From Rhizomicrobium sp. (GTDB lineage Bacteria > Pseudomonadota > Alphaproteobacteria > Micropepsales > Micropepsaceae): a DNA stretch of 64,000 nt. Below the pieces are notes generated by a model that was not told where the DNA came from, searched no databases, and worked only from the letters and a program-made list of their open reading frames with translations. The stretch is from contig DASZYI010000144.1 of assembly GCA_035545475.1 (NCBI GenBank), positions 15,306 to 79,305 on the forward strand. The letters are read 5' to 3'. Below are positions 58,636-64,000 of the stretch, piece by piece. A program made the translations under genes and the position numbers. Position 1 is the stretch's first letter. Every line of letters starts with the position of its first letter.

Positions 58636-60824
58636 CCCTCAAGCGAGATCGTGCGCGTCTCATCGAGGAAAACCACGCCCGTCGCCGGCGTCGAAAGCGG
58701 CCACAGATAGCTGAACGATTCGGTCAGATTGTTGGTAAGATTCTTTCCGACCAACGCCACGGACCATCTGTCATCCGTTTGCGCCAGCTCGATGCGCGTA
58801 TCGAACTTGGCGTAGCTGCCCTGCGTTCCATAATACGGACTGAGATCGCTTGCTGTTGCGAATGTGCTGCGGAACGAAACGATGCCGGTCAATGACAGTT
58901 TCAGATCGTCATTAAGAGGCTCGTGGAAATTGCCCTGCACATTCCCGCTCCATTTGGAAGCGCCCGGCAATGGGGTTCCTGCGATGTTGTTGGTCGTTGC
59001 CGAGCAGGGTGGCTGTGGCTGGGTGGCAAGACAGGCCGCGCCCGGAAAGTCGTCATAGGCGGCCTCCAAATAGGCGGCAGATCCAGAAAGCTCCAGATTG
59101 TCCAGTGCCAGCCACTGTAGCGACGCTTCAACGCCTTTGCCTGTTGCCCGCGCGGCGTTTTTCGTGATGAACGTTGCCTGGGACGGATCGTAGTCGGATA
59201 CCTGAAGATCGCGAAACTTGGTATCATAAAGGTCTATATCGGCGACCACCCGTCCATCGAACAAGGTGGCCTTGGCGCCGATTTCATAGTTGGTCGATTT
59301 CTCGTCGCCGAAGACAAAGGAATCCGGCGTCACCGTTCGGGTGTTGCTTACAAAACCACCGGCCTTGGACCCCCGGCCATAAGTTGCATACACCATAATG
59401 CCGGGCTGGATGTCGTATTGCACCGTGGCGGACGGATCGAGATTGTCTTCCGTCAACGTGGTCAGAGGAATGGATCGAGGCGCGGCAATCGGTATGCCGA
59501 AATCGAGATACTCATCGAAGGCTGCCCGCTTATGATTTTCGGTGTAACGGAGGCTGCCGAGGATGCGCAGGTCCTCTGTGACATGGAACGTCCCCTGGCC
59601 AAAGAGCGACCATGTGGAGGAATGCTGACGGAAGGCGATATGGGTCTGACCCACCAGCGTGTGGCCAAAGAGATCGTAACGCGAAGGATTGAGCAGGTTG
59701 TAGTCGCTTTGGTCGTAATAGGCTCCAACGATGTATTCGAAACGCTCTCCCGTCGGCGACAACAGGCGCACTTCCTGCGAGACCTGGTTGAACTTTTCGT
59801 TGAAGGTCGAAAGCCAACTTTCCGGATCGCCGGCCGACCCGCCCACAAATTTGTTGTCCTTGAAAGCCGAGAAGCCAGTGATCGACGTTAGCGTGAAATC
59901 TCCGAGCTGAAGATTTGCAGTGGTCGAGCTGTTGTAAGAATCCTGGGTGTCGGTTTCGGGCGTTCCAAACGGCGAGGCCGCGTCTTTCTCGTCGTCGAGA
60001 ACCTGAGGCGCCGCAGGCGCCACCCGAATCTGGTTGGTGCCAAGCGTGCGGAAGTCTGCATACTCGAACTTCGTCGTTATGTTGAAATAGTCCGTCGGCT
60101 CGTATTTGAGCGAAATTCGGCCAAGGTTGTCTCGCAACCTCGGGTCGTTTGTGCCCGTAGCCGTATTGCCAATGTAACCGTCTTCATAGGTGAATTTGAG
60201 CGCGATCCTGGCGCTCAGCGTGTCCGTAAGAGGACCCGAAACATAGCCAAACGCATCGATACCGCTGCGTGAGAAATTGTAGGCGGCCGTGGCACTGGCC
60301 TCAAAATGATCTGTCGGGCCTGCGGTGATGATGTTCACCGCCCCGGCAGCGGTGTTCTTGCCGAGAAGTGCTCCTTGCGGGCCGCGCAGCACTTCGATGC
60401 GCTCCACATCGAAAAAGGGGGCCATGAACTGACGATTGCGGCCACCATATATGCCATCCTCGTACAGGCTCACTGATTGTTCGAAAGCGTAATTGGCCGC
60501 TGGTGAACCGAAACCGCGGATGTAAATGGCGTCGTTACCGGGCGAAGGCTGCACGAGAAGATTGGGAACGTAATTCATAAGCGCCTTGAAATCGCTCGTA
60601 TGGAAGTTCTCGAGCTGGCGTCCCTGGAAGACCTCCATGGAAATCGGGACGTCTTGGACATCCTGTTCGCGCTTCTGGGCGGTGACGACAACGGTTTCGA
60701 TTCCCTCGGTAACCGCAGATGGTGTCGGGACATCTTGCGCCGGCTGCGCAGAGGCCGACATTGGCCAACCTGCGACCGCGATTGCCACCGTTGTCAACAA
60801 TGTCGGCAATACCGTCTTGTTCAT
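58620..60824 (-). CDS. TonB-dependent receptor 3
   Basis: Signal peptide, ETVVVTAQKR, RIEVLRGPQGALLGKNTAAGAVN, C-terminal Phe. Confidence 0.93.
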   Translation of the reverse strand: MNKTVLPTLLTTVAIAVAGWPMSASAQPAQDVPTPSAVTEGIETVVVTAQKREQDVQDVPISMEVFQGRQLENFHTSDFKALMNYVPNLLVQPSPGNDAIYIRGFGSPAANYAFEQSVSLYEDGIYGGRNRQFMAPFFDVERIEVLRGPQGALLGKNTAAGAVNIITAGPTDHFEASATAAYNFSRSGIDAFGYVSGPLTDTLSARIALKFTYEDGYIGNTATGTNDPRLRDNLGRISLKYEPTDYFNITTKFEYADFRTLGTNQIRVAPAAPQVLDDEKDAASPFGTPETDTQDSYNSSTTANLQLGDFTLTSITGFSAFKDNKFVGGSAGDPESWLSTFNEKFNQVSQEVRLLSPTGERFEYIVGAYYDQSDYNLLNPSRYDLFGHTLVGQTHIAFRQHSSTWSLFGQGTFHVTEDLRILGSLRYTENHKRAAFDEYLDFGIPIAAPRSIPLTTLTEDNLDPSATVQYDIQPGIMVYATYGRGSKAGGFVSNTRTVTPDSFVFGDEKSTNYEIGAKATLFDGRVVADIDLYDTKFRDLQVSDYDPSQATFITKNAARATGKGVEASLQWLALDNLELSGSAAYLEAAYDDFPGAACLATQPQPPCSATTNNIAGTPLPGASKWSGNVQGNFHEPLNDDLKLSLTGIVSFRSTFATASDLSPYYGTQGSYAKFDTRIELAQTDDRWSVALVGKNLTNNLTESFSYLWPLSTPATGVVFLDETRTISLEGRVRF

Positions 60825-60907
60825 GGCATCCCTCCCGCGGTCAAAGCTCTTATGGCTTCGATCTTGTTTGCGTCTCGTGGAAGTCTACGAGCACACGGCG
60901 AATGTTG

Positions 60908-61022
60908 GCAAAATATTTTACATTGTCAATCTGCGTTCGAAAATAAGATTTCGAAGTATCTCGAGGGTCGCGTTCGGCCAGGAACCAGTTGACAGAATTG
61001 TCCGAAGGTAAAATAATTTCAC
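60908..61022. promoter_or_regulatory. Divergent TBDR3/OYE2 control region with operator C copies (60908-60921, 61008-61021) and promoter TTGACA-N17-AATAAT (60989-61017)
   Basis: GCAAAATATTTTAC (13/14) and GTAAAATAATTTCA (11/14). Confidence 0.7.
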
Positions 61023-61041
61023 AACCTGTGGAGGTTCACCG

Positions 61042-62154
61042 TTGCGCAACTACCGCTTTTTGCTGTCGGCCGGCCGGGTTGGCGACATCGTGCTGCGCAA
61101 CCGCATGATCATGTCGCCGATGACCCGCTTCCGGGTCACCGAAACCGGGGTACCTAGCGATCTCAACATCATTTATTACGGCCAGCGCGCTTCGGCGGGG
61201 TTGATCATCAGCGAGGGCACATACAGCGAACCGAAAGGGCGGCTAACGCCCCGCACGGCTGGCCTACACACCGAAGAACACGTTTCAGCCTGGCGTGCGA
61301 TCACAGACGCGGTGCACGAAAAGCAGGGGCGCATGTTTGTGCAATTGTGTCATGGAGGCCGCGTATCTCATCCCCTGCTCCAGCCCGATGGCGAACTCCC
61401 GGTTGCCCCATCCGCTATCGCCAAAACAGGACAGGTAAGGATTCGCGAGAATGAGACCGAGGGCGTGATTAAGGTCGATGCGCCGATCCCCAGAGCGTTA
61501 GACCTGCCGGAAATCACTTCCATAGTCGAAGAATTCGGGCGCGCTACCGAACGCGCGGTTACGGCCGGATTTGATGGTGTCGAACTGCATGCGGCCAGTG
61601 GCCTGTTGCATCAGCAATTTCTTACCACGACTGCCAACGTCCGCTCCGATCGCTACGGAGGATCGCCTTTGAACCGGTGCCGCTTTGTCATCGAGACACT
61701 CGAAGCTATGTCAGCCGTTCGCGGATCGGGTAGAGTCGGCATAAAGATCGCACCGAACTTTGCCTACAACGGGACCGATATGCCCATGCGCGATATCATC
61801 GACACGTATTCGCTTCTCGTCGAAGAGCTGAAACGTCTCGACCTTGGATACGTGCACGTGCAGTACCCACCGTGGGGCCTGTTTTCCGGGCCCAAAAGTT
61901 TTAACCCGATAATGTTCGTCCGCCCGTTGTACAAGGGCACCTTGATCGGCGCAGGCGAGTTCAACCGCGATACAGCTGAGGATATGCTGGCAGCAGGCCA
62001 TAGCGACTTCATAGCGTTTGGCCGACGTTTTATTGCCAACCCGGATCTTCCGGCACGCATTGCCGCCGGTGCTGAAGAAAATGCCTGGGATGAGGCGACT
62101 CTCTATACACCGACGCCCGAGGGATTTATCGACTATCCAACTCTGAGCCACTGA
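61042..62154 (+). CDS. Old Yellow Enzyme 2, non-canonical active site (H-x-x-S-x-L)
   Basis: MSPMTR, GFDGVELHAASGLL, NVRSDRYGG, GRRFIANPDLP, GFIDYP; TTG start after GGAGG. Confidence 0.9.
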   Translation: MRNYRFLLSAGRVGDIVLRNRMIMSPMTRFRVTETGVPSDLNIIYYGQRASAGLIISEGTYSEPKGRLTPRTAGLHTEEHVSAWRAITDAVHEKQGRMFVQLCHGGRVSHPLLQPDGELPVAPSAIAKTGQVRIRENETEGVIKVDAPIPRALDLPEITSIVEEFGRATERAVTAGFDGVELHAASGLLHQQFLTTTANVRSDRYGGSPLNRCRFVIETLEAMSAVRGSGRVGIKIAPNFAYNGTDMPMRDIIDTYSLLVEELKRLDLGYVHVQYPPWGLFSGPKSFNPIMFVRPLYKGTLIGAGEFNRDTAEDMLAAGHSDFIAFGRRFIANPDLPARIAAGAEENAWDEATLYTPTPEGFIDYPTLSH

Positions 62155-62405
62155 CCGGCGTGACCGCCCATTGGCTGCTACGATCCGCGGGATGATCAGG
62201 CGCAGATCACTGAAATCGAGGCTCGACCGTCGGTAAATTTGACCTCTTGAGCCATCACAAAGCAATTGTGGACCGGCCGGCGAAGGAACCCGGCTGCTAG
62301 ATGGTGCCGATGGTGCCCAGGCCAGGCAGGAGAAACAATTGGCATAGAACGGCTTAAATGGGATCGTGGTTTCCGAAGAGTGGCAAAAAAATTTGACGGA
62401 GGGCG

Positions 62406-62433
62406 CTTGAAAAGTCGCTCGTCAATTCTAGCT
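62406..62433 (+). promoter_or_regulatory. RpoH (sigma32)-type promoter CTTG(AA)-N17-TCTAGCT
   Basis: Resembles the alphaproteobacterial RpoH consensus CTTG-N17-cCTAtcT; upstream of hsp20. Confidence 0.55.
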
Positions 62434-62439
62434 CATATA

Positions 62440-62522
62440 CCGCCGGATGCCCCGTGGGGTCCGATGCGGTCCTGTAAAGGACCGGCTCGTAACCGTGTTG
62501 CTCTGATGGAGGATGCGATATG
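62440..62522 (+). ncRNA. ROSE-type RNA thermometer in the 5' UTR of hsp20
   Basis: GUGUUGCUC-UGAUG-GAGGAUGC pairs the UUGCU motif with the SD, leaving the hallmark bulged G; upstream hairpins include GGUCCU-GUAA-AGGACC. Confidence 0.8.
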
Positions 62523-62981
62523 AGAAACACGATCGACATGACGGCTTTGGGCCGTTCCGCTATTGGCTTTGAGCGGATGTTCGACCTGCTCCGAGCCAAC
62601 GAAGGCGAAAGCACCGATACCTACCCGCCTTATAACATCGAAAAACTCGGCGAGGATCATTACCGGATCGCGCTTGCGGTTGCGGGATTCGCCGAAAGTG
62701 ACCTCGCCGTCACCCAGGAGTCCAACCTTCTGACAGTGACGGGGAACAGAACCGAGGAACCGGACAAGGGAACCGCGTATCTCTACCGCGGGATTGCCGG
62801 GCGGCCTTTTACGCGGCAGTTCAGCCTTGCGGATTATGTGCATGTCCGCGGCGCCACGCTTTCCAACGGTCTGTTGACCATCGACCTGGAGCGCGAACTG
62901 CCGGAGGCCATGAAACCTCGGCGGATTTCGATAGGTTCGGAAGCGGCGAAGGCTGTTTCCGAGCGACGCGCGGCAGCCTAA
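62520..62981 (+). CDS. ibpA: Small heat-shock protein, class A (IbpA-like)
   Basis: IGFERMFD, YPPYNIEK, YRIALAVAGF, YLYRGIA.R.F.RQF.LA, NGLLTIDL. Confidence 0.9.
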   Translation: MRNTIDMTALGRSAIGFERMFDLLRANEGESTDTYPPYNIEKLGEDHYRIALAVAGFAESDLAVTQESNLLTVTGNRTEEPDKGTAYLYRGIAGRPFTRQFSLADYVHVRGATLSNGLLTIDLERELPEAMKPRRISIGSEAAKAVSERRAAA

Positions 62982-63032
62982 ACCGAAACCCAAACACCCA
63001 AATTGGGCGGCGTGCGGAACGCGCCGCGCGCC

Positions 63033-63050
63033 GCCTCTTGCAAAGGAGGT
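63033..63050 (+). promoter_or_regulatory. SD-sequestering hairpin before the second hsp20
   Basis: GCCUCUU-GCAA-AGGAGGU, 7 bp with two G-U pairs and a GNRA loop; 5 nt before ATG 63056. Confidence 0.55.
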
Positions 63051-63055
63051 AGCCA

Positions 63056-63547
63056 ATGAACATGCGCAGTATCATTCCCTGGGGCCGGGAGACCGCGGTC
63101 GCCGCCACACGTGATATGGAAGAGCCAAGCCCGTTCCTGAGCCTGCACCGCCAGGTCAACCGGCTGTTCGATGACTTCTTCCGGGACTTCGACATGCCGC
63201 TTTCGCGCGATGGCTGGTCCGCCCACTGGCCGAGCGTTGAAGTCAGCGAGGACGATCGCAACGTGAAGGTCGTTGCCGAACTGCCCGGTCTGGACGAGAA
63301 GGACATTGACGTCACATTGCGCGACGGAATCCTGACGCTCCAGGGCGAGAAGAAACGGGAAACAGATGGCGCGACCTATAGCGAGCGCTGGCACGGACGG
63401 TTTTCGCGGGCCATCCAGCTTGGCCCGGAAGTCGATCCCGACAAGGTACAGGCATCATTTGCCAAGGGCGTTCTCACCGTAACGCTGGAAAAACGCCCGG
63501 AGGCGCAAAGCAAGGTCAAGCGAATAGCAGTCAATCGTGCTGCTTGA
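63056..63547 (+). CDS. Small heat-shock protein, class B (Hsp20)
   Basis: SLHRQVNRLFDDFF, WPSVEVSE, AELPGLDEKD, SERWHGRFSR, ASFAKGVLTV. Confidence 0.92.
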   Translation: MNMRSIIPWGRETAVAATRDMEEPSPFLSLHRQVNRLFDDFFRDFDMPLSRDGWSAHWPSVEVSEDDRNVKVVAELPGLDEKDIDVTLRDGILTLQGEKKRETDGATYSERWHGRFSRAIQLGPEVDPDKVQASFAKGVLTVTLEKRPEAQSKVKRIAVNRAA

Positions 63548-63603
63548 CGTCGGTCGTAGCCGGCGGTGTGCATTCGGCACGCCGCCGGCAATGGGAGGCA
63601 CTT

Positions 63604-63942
63604 ATGGAGATCAAGAAACCAGACGCTGTACGCAACGCAAAAACTATCTATCGCTTCTCGTTTCCCCACGAGGTGGTCGACGATCCTTCGCTCAGCCTGA
63701 GCGAGAAGCGTTCGATCCTGTCTCGTTGGGCGTCCGACGCCTGCGCAGTCGAATCTTTCCCTACGTTGCGCTGGCTTCCCGGCACGACCTTTCCGGTCAC
63801 GTTCTCGGCGGTCATGGACGCACGCGAATGGCTGGATCGACGCACCCAGCGAAGGGAGGATTCCACCGAGAAACCGATCGCCCCGCGAAACGTCGTGGTG
63901 GCGAACTTTGCCCGGAAACGCGAACATCGAGCCGACAACTGA
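63604..63942 (+). CDS. Hypothetical protein downstream of the Hsp20 genes
   Basis: GGGAGG SD; FSFPHEVVDDPSLSLSEKRSILSRWASDACAVES...LRWLPG motif. Confidence 0.7.
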   Translation: MEIKKPDAVRNAKTIYRFSFPHEVVDDPSLSLSEKRSILSRWASDACAVESFPTLRWLPGTTFPVTFSAVMDAREWLDRRTQRREDSTEKPIAPRNVVVANFARKREHRADN

Positions 63943-64000
63943 AGCGGTAGACTTACATAGAGCCGAACGGACATGCACCATCCGGCTTTGTGTCGGAACC

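Larger units (their letters stand above)
21404..64000. mobile_element. tRNA-anchored catabolic genomic island (extends past the window end)
   Basis: att-like tRNA fragment, arm repeats, xis-like gene, visibly more AT-rich sequence, IS remnant and truncated genes; no core genes after ribF. Confidence 0.75.

Overview
Alphaproteobacterial chromosome segment in two parts. (1) 1-21.3 kb is core genome: ahcY, divL (His-to-Tyr pseudokinase), a ferredoxin/reductase pair, tsaE-amgK-murU-addB-addA-trxA, a small unannotated two-gene operon with a near-consensus promoter, tRNA-Pro(CGG), a receiver protein, an acyltransferase, a TipF-like EAL protein, a HAD hydrolase, a MaoC hydratase and ribF. (2) From about 21.4 kb to beyond the window end is an apparently more AT-rich (judged by eye) tRNA-anchored genomic island. 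It starts with a displaced tRNA 3' end, integrase arm-type repeats and an excisionase-like gene. It carries three oxidative catabolic cassettes, each with its own TonB-dependent receptor, its own regulator family (tandem Lrp/AsnC; TetR; MarR) and its own palindromic operator family, with copies overlapping most recognisable promoters. Mobile-element or deletion debris separates the cassettes. A heat-shock module (RpoH-like promoter, ROSE thermometer, two Hsp20 genes) follows. Notable enzymes: an Old Yellow Enzyme lacking the catalytic Asn and Tyr, twin stand-alone Rieske oxygenases paired with twin CMD/AhpD-like proteins and an AcoABC complex, two Baeyer-Villiger monooxygenases and an orphan P450. 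Substrates cannot be determined from sequence alone. No CRISPR array or rRNA was seen.
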